Source: Propionibacteriaceae bacterium (GTDB lineage Bacteria > Actinomycetota > Actinomycetes > Propionibacteriales > Propionibacteriaceae). Taken from it: 64,000 bases of DNA. A program made the position numbers and the translations under genes. Below, piece after piece: positions 1 to 10,998 of this stretch (within the stretch, counting starts at the first letter, position 1; each line of letters opens with the position of its first letter). The DNA is taken from positions 56,537 to 120,536 of the forward strand of contig JAFKJK010000012.1 in NCBI GenBank assembly GCA_017306015.1, written 5' to 3'. The notes under the pieces were generated by a model. The model had not been told where the DNA came from and made no database searches. It saw only the letters and a list, made by a program, of their open reading frames with translations.

Positions 1-355
1 GCCGCTACGCCAGAGACGCAGCCCCAGCGTCGCAACCGTCCCGGGACCACCTTCGCAGGGTCGGTGTCCTGAGCGATCGAATCGCGACCTGACTTGGGAG
101 AATGAGTTCCTGGCGCACTCGCAGAGTTCGAGGAGCATCGTTGAAGTGCAGCGTGCCGGGTGCTGACGGATCGCGATAGGGCGGATCGATGCAGAGCAGT
201 CGGGGGATTCCCAGCTGACACAGTGCCCACGGTCGTCAGCCGTTTCGGCGCTGGACTCCGCGGCTCACTCGGGACGGCGCGCCTGGAAACGGACCGCCTG
301 CGGTCCCGAGGACTGGCCGTGACGAAACCGTCCGCGACGGTGTATCAAGGCTGGC

Positions 356-2086
356 GTGACTGGTGAGGACCGCATCTGGGCCGCGTTCGACGTCCCGGCC
401 GAGCCGCCGGACCGCGGGCGGCGGCTGCGTGGGCGGTTCCTGCGGGCACCGGTGGACGTGCTGCGGGCGGCCATCCCCGGGCAGGTCCCCGAGGTCGTGG
501 CGGCCGCCGAAGCTGCGGCGGTGGCCGGCAACTGGGTGATCGGCGGGCTGACCTATGCCGCCTCCGGGGCATGGGACGCGGCGCAGCACGCCCTCACCGA
601 CGACGCGCCGGCCGCACACTTCGAGGTGTACGCCGATCCACCGGAGCCCTGGCCGGACGTGCCGCTGGCCGCGCCGCCTCTCGACTGGCGTCCGGACGCC
701 GTCCTGGGCGGGGGCCGCGACGCGGCAACGGCGATCGCGCGGGTGCTCGACCACATCGGCGCCGGTGACTGCTACCAGGTGAACCTGACCACCCGGTGGC
801 GGACGGCGGCACCGGACCTCGACCTCTTCGAGTACTTCGCGGCGCTCGCGTCCGCGCAGCCGGGTGGGTACGCGCTGTTCAGCGCGTCCGCCGGGGTGGC
901 CAGCGCGTCGCCTGAGCTGTTCTTCTCCCGGCGCGCGGATGCCCTGGTCACCCAGCCGATGAAGGGCACGGCCGCCGCCGATGCTGACCCGGCGGTGCTG
1001 GCGAACCCGAAGGAGCGCGCGGAGAACCTGATGATCGTCGACCTGCTCCGCAACGATCTCGGCCGGGTGTGCCGGACCGGAACGGTCAGCGTCGACCGGC
1101 TGTTCGAGGTGCACCGGCTGCCGACGGTCTGGCAGCTGACCTCGACCGTGAGCGGGCGGCTCTCCGTCGGCACTCCATTGGCCGACGTGTTCGCCGCGCT
1201 GTTCCCCTGCGCGTCGGTCACCGGTGCGCCGAAGCTGGCCGCGATGGGAGTCATCGCCGAGCTGGAAGCATCGCCGCGGCGGTGGTACTGCGGCGCTCTG
1301 GGCGTGATCCGTCCCGGCGGCGACGCCACCTTCGCCGTGCCGATTCGAACCGTCGAACGGGTGGGCGACCAGCTCGTCTGCGGGATCGGCAGCGGCATCG
1401 TCGCCGACTCGGACCCGGCCGCCGAGCTGGCCGAGTGGAACGCCAAGGCCGCCTTCCTCGCGGGGACGCCGTTGCGCGCCCTGGAGACCATGCTGCTGGC
1501 CGACGGCGCCATCGTCCGCAGGGACTCCCACCTGTCCCGGCTGGCCCGGACCTGTGCCGCGCACGGCCTGGACCTGTCCCCCGCCGAGGTCGCCCGAGCA
1601 CTGGACGTAGCGTGCGCCGCCCGTCCGTCCGGCCGGCACCGGGTGCGACTGGTCGCCGGCGGTGGGCCGCCGTCGGTCGAGGTGGGGCCCGCCCCCGAAT
1701 CCGGGTGTCTGATGCGGCTGCGGCTCGCGTCCGTCCCCCTGGACGCCGACGACCTGCTCGGCCCGGTGATCCGGCACAAGACCACCCACCGCACGCACTA
1801 CGACCGGCTGCGGGCCGGCGCCGGCCCCGGAGTGGACGACGTGCTCTGCCACAACTCTCACGGCGAGCTCACCGAGTGCACGCTCGGCAACATCGCCCTG
1901 CTGCTGGACGGCCAGTGGCTGACCCCACCCGAAGAATCCGGTCTGCTGCCGGGCACGCTGCGTGCCGAACTGATCGCGCAGGGCCGGCTGCGCGAGCACC
2001 GCCTGACCCTGGCCGAGCTGGACCGGGCGGACGGCGTCGCCTTCCTGAACAGCCTCCGCGGATGGTGCCCGGCCACCCTGGCATGA
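356..2086 (+). CDS. pabB: Aminodeoxychorismate synthase component I fused to an aminodeoxychorismate-lyase-like (class IV aminotransferase) domain
   Basis: 576-aa ORF. The N-terminal ~370 aa carry chorismate-binding-enzyme motifs (SASPELFF, PMKGT, IVDLLRNDLGRV, SVTGAPK, WYCGALG). The C-terminal ~200 aa look like PabC/IlvE class IV (HKTTHRTHYD, ECTLGNIALLLDGQWLTPP, GLLPGTLR). The GTG start at 356 is uncertain. Confidence 0.85.
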   Translation: MTGEDRIWAAFDVPAEPPDRGRRLRGRFLRAPVDVLRAAIPGQVPEVVAAAEAAAVAGNWVIGGLTYAASGAWDAAQHALTDDAPAAHFEVYADPPEPWPDVPLAAPPLDWRPDAVLGGGRDAATAIARVLDHIGAGDCYQVNLTTRWRTAAPDLDLFEYFAALASAQPGGYALFSASAGVASASPELFFSRRADALVTQPMKGTAAADADPAVLANPKERAENLMIVDLLRNDLGRVCRTGTVSVDRLFEVHRLPTVWQLTSTVSGRLSVGTPLADVFAALFPCASVTGAPKLAAMGVIAELEASPRRWYCGALGVIRPGGDATFAVPIRTVERVGDQLVCGIGSGIVADSDPAAELAEWNAKAAFLAGTPLRALETMLLADGAIVRRDSHLSRLARTCAAHGLDLSPAEVARALDVACAARPSGRHRVRLVAGGGPPSVEVGPAPESGCLMRLRLASVPLDADDLLGPVIRHKTTHRTHYDRLRAGAGPGVDDVLCHNSHGELTECTLGNIALLLDGQWLTPPEESGLLPGTLRAELIAQGRLREHRLTLAELDRADGVAFLNSLRGWCPATLA

Positions 2087-2337
2087 ACAGACGCCGCCCC
2101 GCTCGCCACCCGATCGGCACCGCGAAGCTCACAGAACCGGACCAATCCGCCGTTCCTGCAGTTATGACACCCTCCAGAAGCCCCCTTGAGCCTCCATCCG
2201 CCGATCCTGTCGTAATGACGCCCGAAACCGGCCTCGTAACTGCAGGAACGGCGGAACGCCCCGCCGACTGCATCCAGACCGTGCCGATAACCACCGGAAC
2301 GGCGGAACGGCCTGCCAACCTCTGGATCTTGCGACCT

Positions 2338-3822
<1,485 letters not shown>

Positions 3823-3923
3823 TCACTGCCGCATCCCGCGCACTGGCGTCCCGGCGACCCCGGCCACCCGCCCGATTAGGCTGTCACCGCGACATCCCAG
3901 CCGTCCGAAAGGCCTGTGAGCCC

Positions 3924-6900
3924 GTGCCCGACCCGTTCGTCCTCACCAGCTACCCCGGCGGCAACGCCCTCTCTCCCTTCCGCACGTCCACCCTGCTGCA
4001 ACGCCTGCGGGCAGCCGTGCCAACGGTGACGGCGGTCAGCGCGCGCCACGTGCACTGGGTGGCCAGCCAGGACGCGCTCGACGACGCCACCGCCGGCATC
4101 GTCCGCCGCCTGCTCGACTACGGTCCGGACGCCGGCAGCCCGGCCACCGGTGCGCACACCACCCAGCTCACCGTCGCGCCCCGGCTGGGCACCCTGTCGC
4201 CGTGGGCGTCCAAGGCCACCGACATCGCCCACAACTGCGGCGTCCCGATCCGACGGGTCGAGCGGGTCACCGTCTACACGATCGCCTCGTCCCTGCCCTT
4301 GTCGGACGACCATTGGACGGCCTGCGCCGACCTCCTGCACGACCGGATGACCGAGTCGGTGTTCGCCTCGCTCGCCGACTCCGCCGCCCTGTTCGACGCC
4401 CGCGAAGCCGACCCGATGGCCCACGTCGACGTCCTCGGACACGGTCGGGCGGCCGTCGAGGACGCGAACACCACCTTCGGCCTCGCCCTGTCCGACGACG
4501 AGATCGACTACCTCGTCGATGCCTTCACCGGGCTGCGGCGCAACCCCACCGACGTCGAGCTGACCATGTTCGCGCAGGCCAATTCCGAGCACTGCCGACA
4601 CAAGATCTTCAACGCCGACTTCATCGTCGACGACGCCCCGGAGGAGTCGTCCCTGTTCGGGATGATCCGGCACACCGAGCAGGTCGCCGGCCAGCACACC
4701 GTCGTCGCCTACTCCGACAACTCCTCGATCATGGAGGGCGGCCCGGCCACCCGCTGGACGCCGGAGGCACCCGGCGCGCCCAGCCCGTATGCCGCCCGTC
4801 CCGACGACGTGCACGTGCTGATGAAGGTGGAGACCCACAACCACCCCACCGCGATCAGCCCCTTCCCGGGGGCGGCCACCGGCTCCGGCGGCGAGATCCG
4901 CGACGAGGGCGCGACCGGACGCGGCTCGCAGCCCAAGGCGGCCCTGACCGGCTTCGCCGTCTCCAACCTGCACCTGCCCGGCACGTCCGAGCCGTGGGAG
5001 GCCGACGACTACGGCGCGCCGGACCACATCGCGTCCGCGCTCGAGATCATGACCGCCGGCCCGCTGGGTGGTGCCGGGTTCAACAACGAGTTCGGCCGGC
5101 CCGGGCTCGGCGGCTTCTTCCGGGTGTACGAGCAGACCGTCGCCGGCGTCCGCCGTGGCTACCACAAGCCGATCATGAGTGCCGGCGGGCTCGGCGCGAT
5201 CTCGGCGTCCCAGACGCACAAGGTGGCCTTCGACGAGGGGACGCTGCTGATCCAGCTCGGCGGCCCCGGCATGCGGATCGGCATGGGCGGTGGCGCGGCG
5301 TCCTCGATGGCGTCCGGGACGAACGCGGCCGAGCTCGACTTCGACTCCGTCCAGCGCGGCAACCCGGAGATCCAGCGGCGCGGCCAGGAGGTCATCAACG
5401 CCTGCTGGAGCCTTGGCGAGGCCAACCCGGTCCTGTCGATCCACGATGTCGGCGCCGGCGGACTCAGCAACGCCTTCCCCGAACTCGTGGACGGTGCCGG
5501 CCTCGGTGCATGGTTCGACCTCGCCGCCGTCCCGGTCGAGGAGTCGGGGCTCGCGCCCAAGGAGATCTGGTGCAACGAGAGCCAGGAACGCTACGTGCTG
5601 GCGATCGCGCCGGCGGACCTGGAGCGGTTCGCGGCGCTGTGCGAGCGGGAGCGCTGCCCGTTCGCCGTCGTCGGTGTGGCCCGGGCGGACGGTCAACTCG
5701 TGCTGGCCGGCCCGGACGACGAGGCCTGGGACAACAAGACCAGGCGCGACGCGGCCAGGAGCGACGCGACCAAGAGCGACGCGGCCAGGAGCGACCGGCC
5801 GATCGACATGCCCATGGACGTACTGCTCGGCAAGCCGCCGCGGATGACCCGCGACGTCACCCGCGTCACCTGGACCGCTCCCCCACTGGAGCTCGCCGAC
5901 ATCGACCTGCGTGAGGCCGCGTACGCCGTGCTGCGGCATCCGTCGGTGGCCTCGAAGCGGTTCCTGATCACGATCGGCGACCGTTCGGTTGGCGGACTCA
6001 ACCACCGCGACCAGCTCGTCGGGCCCTGGCAGGTGCCGGTCGCCGACGTCGCGGTCACCCTGACCGACTACTTCGGCCTGGCCGGCCAGGCGATGGCCTC
6101 GGGCGAGCGGACGCCGCTGGCTGCGATCGACGCGCCGGCGTCCGGACGGATGGCGGTCGGCGAGGCCCTGACAAACCTGCTCGCCGCGCCCGTCGCCCCG
6201 GGATCCCCTCCCCTCCCCCCGGGCACCCCTCCCGTCATCCCGGTCTCCCCTCCCGTCGTCCCGGGCTCCGACCCGGGATCCCCGGCGGCCGTCCAGGGAT
6301 CCGCTCCCGACTCCCCTGCCGACGCCCCAGGCACCCCTCCCTCCATCCCAGGTTCCCCTCCCGTCATCCCAGGTTCCCCTCCCGTCGTCCCGGGCTCCGC
6401 CCCGGGATCCCCGGCGGCCGTCCAGGGATCCGCCCCCCACTCCCCTCTCGGCTCCCCGGTCACCCCTCCCGTCATGCCGGCCTCCCCTCCCGTCATCCCG
6501 GGCTCCGACCCGGGATCCCCGGCGGGCGCCTTGGAACGGGTCAAGCTCTCCGCCAACTGGATGGCCGCCTGCGGCGAGCCGGGCGAGGACGCCGCGCTGT
6601 ACGACACCGTCCACGCCGTCGCGATGGAGCTGTGCCCGGCACTCGGCATCTCGATCCCGGTCGGCAAGGACTCGCTCTCGATGCGCACCCGCTGGACGGA
6701 TCCGTCCGGCGAGGTCCGCCAGGTGACGTCCCCGGTGTCACTGGTGGTCTCGGCGTTCGCGTCCCTGGACTCGGTGGCCGACACCTGGACGCCGGAGCTC
6801 CAGCCCGGCTCCGCTCTGCTGCTGGTGGACCTCGGAGCCGGCCGGAACCGGCTCGGCGGCTCGATGCTGGCCCAGGTGACCGGCCAGTTCGGCGATGTGG

Positions 6901-8231
6901 TGCCGGACCTGGACGACCCGTCCCGGCTGCTGCGGCTGGCGTCCGCGCTGACCGAACTGCGGGCCGAGGGTCTGGTCACCGCGTACCACGACCGCTCGGA
7001 CGGCGGGCTGTGGGCCTGTGTCTGCGAGCTGGCGTTCGCCGGTTCCACCGGTGTCGAGTTCGACGTCGCCGACCTCCCGGCGCTGTTCAGCGAAGAGCTG
7101 GGCGTGGTGCTCGGAGTCGCCGAGGCCGACGTCGATCGGGCGCTCACGATCCTCGCCGAGCACGACCTGGGCGACCTCAGCCGTCCCATCGGACGAACCA
7201 CCGACGACCGTCGCGTCCGCGTGCAACGGTCGCTGGCCGAGCCCGTCGAGGCCGAGCCCGCCGAGACCAACGTCCTCCTCGACGAGGACCTCCGCGACCT
7301 CGCGCAGGCCTGGGACGAGGTCTCCTGGCGGATCTCCGCGCTGCGCGACAACCCCGAATGCGCCGACTCCGAACACGCCGCCGTGGGCGCGGACGTGCCG
7401 GGGCTGGTGGTTGCGCCCACCTTCGAGCCCGACGAGGACATCGCCGCGCCGTTCATCAACACCGGGGTGCGGCCGAAGGTCGCCGTCCTGCGCGAGCAGG
7501 GGGTGAACAGCCACGTCGAGACGGCCTTCGCGTTCGACCGGGCCGGCTTCGAGGCGTGGGACGTCCACATGACCGACCTGCAGGCCGGACGGTTCGACCT
7601 CACCGACGTCGTCGGCCTGGTCGCCGGCGGCGGTTTCTCCTACGGCGACACCCTCGGTGCCGGCGAGGGCTGGGCGAGATCGATCCTGTTCAACCGGCGG
7701 CTCACCGACGCGTTCGCCGCGTTCTTCGACCGCTCGGACACGTTCGCGCTGGGAATCTGCAACGGCTGCCAGATGTTCGCTGCTCTGGCCGACCTGATTC
7801 CGGGGACGGACGCCTGGCCGCGGTTCACCCGCAACCGCTCGGAGCAGTTCGAGGGCCGGCTCAGCCAGGTGGAGGTGCTCGACTCGCCGTCGATCTTCTT
7901 CACCGGGATGGCCGGCAGCCGGCTCCCGGTCGCGGTGGCGCATGGGGAGGGTTTCGCCGACTTCTCCGTCCGCGGGAACGAGGCGGCGGTCGTCCGCGCC
8001 GTCCGGTTCATCGACGCGACCGGCGCTCCGGCGTCCACCTACCCGGCGAACCCGAACGGCTCTCCCGACGGCCTCACCGCGGTCACCACCCCGGACGGCC
8101 GGTTCACCGCGATGATGCCGCACCCCGAGCGAGTCGCCCGCAACGCGCAGCTCTCCTGGACCGACGGCCCGACCGAAGGGCCCAGTCCCTGGCTACGGAT
8201 GTTCCGCAACGCCCGGGTCTGGGCGAGCTGA
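3924..8231 (+). CDS. purL: Phosphoribosylformylglycinamidine synthase, single-chain large type, carrying two in-frame repeat insertions
   Basis: From ORF 3741..8231. GTG 3924 was chosen because [20 protein letters not shown] aligns with the E. coli PurL N-terminus. Motifs: [47 protein letters not shown], and the glutaminase GICNGCQM...MMPHPER. Confidence 0.93.
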   Translation: MPDPFVLTSYPGGNALSPFRTSTLLQRLRAAVPTVTAVSARHVHWVASQDALDDATAGIVRRLLDYGPDAGSPATGAHTTQLTVAPRLGTLSPWASKATDIAHNCGVPIRRVERVTVYTIASSLPLSDDHWTACADLLHDRMTESVFASLADSAALFDAREADPMAHVDVLGHGRAAVEDANTTFGLALSDDEIDYLVDAFTGLRRNPTDVELTMFAQANSEHCRHKIFNADFIVDDAPEESSLFGMIRHTEQVAGQHTVVAYSDNSSIMEGGPATRWTPEAPGAPSPYAARPDDVHVLMKVETHNHPTAISPFPGAATGSGGEIRDEGATGRGSQPKAALTGFAVSNLHLPGTSEPWEADDYGAPDHIASALEIMTAGPLGGAGFNNEFGRPGLGGFFRVYEQTVAGVRRGYHKPIMSAGGLGAISASQTHKVAFDEGTLLIQLGGPGMRIGMGGGAASSMASGTNAAELDFDSVQRGNPEIQRRGQEVINACWSLGEANPVLSIHDVGAGGLSNAFPELVDGAGLGAWFDLAAVPVEESGLAPKEIWCNESQERYVLAIAPADLERFAALCERERCPFAVVGVARADGQLVLAGPDDEAWDNKTRRDAARSDATKSDAARSDRPIDMPMDVLLGKPPRMTRDVTRVTWTAPPLELADIDLREAAYAVLRHPSVASKRFLITIGDRSVGGLNHRDQLVGPWQVPVADVAVTLTDYFGLAGQAMASGERTPLAAIDAPASGRMAVGEALTNLLAAPVAPGSPPLPPGTPPVIPVSPPVVPGSDPGSPAAVQGSAPDSPADAPGTPPSIPGSPPVIPGSPPVVPGSAPGSPAAVQGSAPHSPLGSPVTPPVMPASPPVIPGSDPGSPAGALERVKLSANWMAACGEPGEDAALYDTVHAVAMELCPALGISIPVGKDSLSMRTRWTDPSGEVRQVTSPVSLVVSAFASLDSVADTWTPELQPGSALLLVDLGAGRNRLGGSMLAQVTGQFGDVVPDLDDPSRLLRLASALTELRAEGLVTAYHDRSDGGLWACVCELAFAGSTGVEFDVADLPALFSEELGVVLGVAEADVDRALTILAEHDLGDLSRPIGRTTDDRRVRVQRSLAEPVEAEPAETNVLLDEDLRDLAQAWDEVSWRISALRDNPECADSEHAAVGADVPGLVVAPTFEPDEDIAAPFINTGVRPKVAVLREQGVNSHVETAFAFDRAGFEAWDVHMTDLQAGRFDLTDVVGLVAGGGFSYGDTLGAGEGWARSILFNRRLTDAFAAFFDRSDTFALGICNGCQMFAALADLIPGTDAWPRFTRNRSEQFEGRLSQVEVLDSPSIFFTGMAGSRLPVAVAHGEGFADFSVRGNEAAVVRAVRFIDATGAPASTYPANPNGSPDGLTAVTTPDGRFTAMMPHPERVARNAQLSWTDGPTEGPSPWLRMFRNARVWAS
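5745..5795. repeat. 15-bp tandem repeat (about 3.4 copies) inside purL
   Basis: gcgcgacgcggccagg/agcgacgcgaccaag/agcgacgcggccagg/agcgac, translated [17 protein letters not shown]. Confidence 0.8.
6198..6527. repeat. In-frame 330-bp insertion in purL: 129-bp tandem units containing CCCGGG hairpins (family 2)
   Basis: The unit cccctcccgtcgtcccgggctccgacccgggatccccggcggccgtccagggatccgc occurs at ~6248 and ~6377, with a partial third copy at ~6484. It shares cccctcccgtcatcccgg and atcccggg...cccgggat with 24.03-24.11 kb and 40.3-41.2 kb. Confidence 0.85.
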
Positions 8232-8425
8232 ACCATCGGGGACAGGTACTTTCGTTCAAACGTGAACCACCGGGGACAGTGAACCATCGGGGACAGGTAC
8301 TTTCGTTCAGACGGGAACGACCGCAACGTCCGTCCGGCCGGTTTCAGCTCGAGGTGAACCGAAGTACCTGTCCCCGATGGTTCACACGCACGAGGTGAAC
8401 CGAAGTACCTGTCCCCGATGGTTCA
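8229..8425. repeat. Family-1 repeat cluster A (2 forward, 1 partial, 2 reverse copies of the 30-nt TGAACC...GGTTCA element)
   Basis: tgaaccatcggggacaggtactttcgttca at 8229 and 8280. The reverse form tgaaccgaagtacctgtccccgatggttca is at 8356 and 8396. The first TGA is the purL stop codon. Confidence 0.9.
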
Positions 8426-8479
8426 CGCACGGGGACGCCCTGACCCGTCCCGGAACGGCTGGTGGCTCGGTATCGGGCG

Positions 8480-8824
8480 ATGTCACTCTTCGCTAGCCTG
8501 AAAGGCGTGACCACCGGACGAGTCCCCGAGCCCAGCAACGAAGAGCTCTGGGCGCAGCCACCGGCCGCCTATCAGGTACCCCCGGCGACCCCACCGGCGC
8601 ACCTGCCGGTGCCGCAGGCGCCCGCCGCCGTGCCTGCGCCCGTGCCGGTCGAGACGCCGGCCAAGCAGAACCACGGCATGCTCGCGCTGGCGATCACCTC
8701 GCTCGGCGTCGGCGTCCCGCTGACCGCGATCGCCGTCTCCGAGGCCGGTCTGCCCGGCCTGGTCGTCGCCTGGATCGGCATCGTCGGCGTCAACGCCGCC
8801 TACGCCTGGAGCCGGCGCCGCTGA
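8480..8824 (+). CDS. Hypothetical proline-rich membrane protein
   Basis: From ORF 8462..8824. It has a Pro/Ala-rich N-terminal half and two predicted TM helices (MLALAITSLGVGVPLTAIAV, LPGLVVAWIGIVGVNAAYAW). I recognised no family, and the start is uncertain (8462 or 8480). Confidence 0.45.
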   Translation: MSLFASLKGVTTGRVPEPSNEELWAQPPAAYQVPPATPPAHLPVPQAPAAVPAPVPVETPAKQNHGMLALAITSLGVGVPLTAIAVSEAGLPGLVVAWIGIVGVNAAYAWSRRR

Positions 8825-8924
8825 GCGCACCAGGCCGGGCCGCGACTGAGAAGGGCGCCGCGAGGTGCGCGCCAGGCACCGCTGAGTAGTGAGCCATTGG
8901 CGGACACGCCACTAGGGTTACCGC

Positions 8925-9185
8925 ATGCTCATCATCGGCCTGGTCCTCTTCGGCATGCTCATCGGGGCCGGCGCCCAGTTGATCCTGGGACGCTCGCGCA
9001 ACCGTGTCGACTGGGCCCTCGCGTTCGCTGCCGGGCTGATCGGCTCCTTCGTGGGCGGGCTGCTGATCAGCCTGCTGCGGGGCGACGGCATCGAGTTGCG
9101 ACCCTCCGGCGTGATCGGGTCGCTGGCCGGTGCGCTGATCGTCACCGCGGTCTGGCAGTGGTACCAGCGGCGCAAGTCCGCCTGA
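8925..9185 (+). CDS. GlsB/YeaQ/YmgE-family small stress-response membrane protein
   Basis: 86 aa with three glycine-rich TM segments (MLIIGLVLFGMLIGAGAQLILG..., GLIGSFVGGLLISLL, GVIGSLAGALIVTAVW), typical of the transglycosylase-associated family. Confidence 0.75.
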   Translation: MLIIGLVLFGMLIGAGAQLILGRSRNRVDWALAFAAGLIGSFVGGLLISLLRGDGIELRPSGVIGSLAGALIVTAVWQWYQRRKSA

Positions 9186-9198
9186 ACCGCCGACGCGG

Positions 9199-9284
9199 CT
9201 ACGCCGGCAGCACCAACTCGGCGCCCGACCAGCCGCCGGCGCACCTACGCCGGCAGCACCAACTCGCGTCCCACCAGCCGCCGG
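9199..9284. repeat. Tandem duplication (~41 nt x2, 46-bp period) of the purC 3' end
   Basis: ctacgccggcagcaccaactcggcgcccgaccagccgccgg (9199) versus ctacgccggcagcaccaactcgcgtcccaccagccgccgg (9245). The second copy holds the real purC stop codon. Confidence 0.8.
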
Positions 9285-10120
9285 TACGCCTCCAGATAGC
9301 GCTCGCGGGTCGCGGCCACGACAGAGGCCGGCAGCGGAGGTGGCGGAGTGTCGGACGCCTTGTCCCAGCCGGATTCCCCGGTCAGCCAGTCCCGAACGTA
9401 CTGCTTGTCGAAGCTCGGCAGGCTTGGTCCGGGCTGCCAGGCGGACGCGTCCCAGAAGCGGGACGAGTCCGGGGTGAGCACCTCATCGGCCAGCACCAGC
9501 GTCCCGTCGGCGCGCAGGCCGAACTCGAACTTCGTGTCCGCCAGGATGATCCCGCGTTCGGCGGCCAGCGAAGCGGCACGGGAGTAGATCGCCAGCGTCG
9601 CGTCCCGCAGCCGGGTGGCCAGGCCCTCCCCGTGGTCGGCGACGATCCGGGCGAAGTCGACGTTCTCGTCGTGCTCGCCCATCGGGGCCTTGATCGCGGG
9701 GGTGAAGATCGGCTCGGGGAGTTTCGAGCCGTCGACCAGACCGTCGGGCAGCGGGATGCCGCAGACCGTCCGCGACTGCTGGTACTCCTTCCAGCCCGAT
9801 CCGGTGAGGTAGCCGCGGGCCACGCACTCCACCGGCACCATGGCGAGCTCTTCGACGATCACCCCGCGTCCGGCCACCTCGGCCGGCACCTCGGCGGAGA
9901 CGACGTGGTTGGCGATCAGGTCCCGCAACTGGTCGAACCACCACAGCGACAGCTGGGTCAGCACGACGCCCTTGCCCGGGATCGGCGTGTCCAGGACGAA
10001 GTCGAACGCGGAGATCGCGTCGGTGGCGACCATCAGGATGCGGCCGTCCTCGTCCGGCGCGCTCGGCCAGGCGTAGAGGCGGCGCACCTTCCCGGCGTGC
10101 AGCAGCGGCAGATCGAGCAT
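9245..10120 (-). CDS. purC: Phosphoribosylaminoimidazole-succinocarboxamide (SAICAR) synthase
   Basis: 291 aa; LLHAGKVRRLY..., ILADTKFEFG and KQYVRDWL are typical of long actinobacterial PurC. Confidence 0.92.
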   Translation of the reverse strand: MLDLPLLHAGKVRRLYAWPSAPDEDGRILMVATDAISAFDFVLDTPIPGKGVVLTQLSLWWFDQLRDLIANHVVSAEVPAEVAGRGVIVEELAMVPVECVARGYLTGSGWKEYQQSRTVCGIPLPDGLVDGSKLPEPIFTPAIKAPMGEHDENVDFARIVADHGEGLATRLRDATLAIYSRAASLAAERGIILADTKFEFGLRADGTLVLADEVLTPDSSRFWDASAWQPGPSLPSFDKQYVRDWLTGESGWDKASDTPPPPLPASVVAATRERYLEAYRRLVGRELVLPA

Positions 10121-10203
10121 GTCGAGAGCCTAGGGGAAAGGCACCCGACGGCCCGCGCGAGCCCATATGCTGCTGCCACGCGGCACGGCAGGAGAGGGGC
10201 AGG

Positions 10204-10929
10204 GTGAGCGAACCCACCACCCGGACGCCGATCGTCCTCGTCGTCGAGGACGAGGTGCCGCTGCGGGAATCCGTCGCCCGCCACCTGGCCGCCTCCGGCT
10301 ACACGGTCGTCGAGGCGGGCTCGGTCGCCGAGGGCCAGGCGGCGGCCTGGGAGCACCAACCGGACGTGATCCTGCTCGACGTGCTGCTCCCGGACGGCTC
10401 GGGCTACGAGCTGTGCGCGAAACTTCGTCCGATCACCGCGGCGCCGATCATCTACCTCACCGCGCTCGGCCAGGACCGCAACATCGTCCAGGGCCTGGCC
10501 ACCGGCGCGGACGACTACATCGCCAAGCCGTTCAGCCTGGAGGTGCTCACCGCCCGGATCCAGGCCCAGCTGCGCCGGACGTCCTCCCCGCGCAAGGGTC
10601 GGATCGACCTGCCGCCGCTACACCTGGACTACCTCACCGGCGAGGTGCTGCTGGAGGGACGCGAGGTGCACCTGACGAAGATGGAGCTGCAGCTGCTGGG
10701 CTTCTTCGCCACCAACGTCGGCGTCGGCGCCACCCAGCCCGAGCTGCTCGCCTCGGTCTGGCGGACGAAGGCCGACATCCCGACCAACACCGTCCGCCAG
10801 ACGGTCTCGTCGCTGCGCAGGAAGCTCGGCCTGAACGCCGGCAGCGCCTTCGAGCTGGAGATGACCCCCGACAAGCGCTACGTCTTCCGCCAGGTGCGCT
10901 TCGACCCGCCCGCCCACCTCGGCCCATAG
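10204..10929 (+). CDS. OmpR-family two-component response regulator
   Basis: Receiver domain (IVLVVEDE, phospho-acceptor DVILLDVLLPDGSG, DDYIAKPF) plus a winged-helix output domain (LTKMELQLLGFF...). GTG start. Confidence 0.88.
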   Translation: MSEPTTRTPIVLVVEDEVPLRESVARHLAASGYTVVEAGSVAEGQAAAWEHQPDVILLDVLLPDGSGYELCAKLRPITAAPIIYLTALGQDRNIVQGLATGADDYIAKPFSLEVLTARIQAQLRRTSSPRKGRIDLPPLHLDYLTGEVLLEGREVHLTKMELQLLGFFATNVGVGATQPELLASVWRTKADIPTNTVRQTVSSLRRKLGLNAGSAFELEMTPDKRYVFRQVRFDPPAHLGP

Positions 10930-10998
10930 GGGGACGGTTCTACTGCGGTTCACCGCGAACCCGAATGAGGACAGTTCCATCACGGTTGAGGCCTCCGA

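Noticed and set aside
1-72. Possible 3' end of a plus-strand gene at the left edge (…TFAGSVS* ending at 72)
   Set aside because: Only 23 codons are visible. GC3 is compatible with coding sequence, but there is nothing to identify, so it is not reported as a feature.
300-400. ZTP (pfl) riboswitch upstream of and overlapping the pabB start, suggested by GACUGGCC...GACG-AAAC-CGUC...ACCGCAUCUGGGCC
   Set aside because: The strings resemble the GACUGGCG and CCGCCUGGGC cores. However, I could not build the required pseudoknot pairing or a P1/P2 architecture, and the 3' element would lie inside the probable coding region. This needs cmsearch with RF01750; it is not reported as a feature.
236-1999. 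Long antisense or out-of-frame ORFs (236..1999 -, 1069..3819 +, 3876..6614 -, 26016..28535 -, 33286..37860 +, 42755..44494 -, 59224..60924 +, and similar)
   Set aside because: They overlap genes with clear family motifs. Their translations are Arg/Gly/Pro/Ala-rich low-complexity sequence typical of off-frame reading in ~70% GC DNA, and I recognised no family motifs in them.
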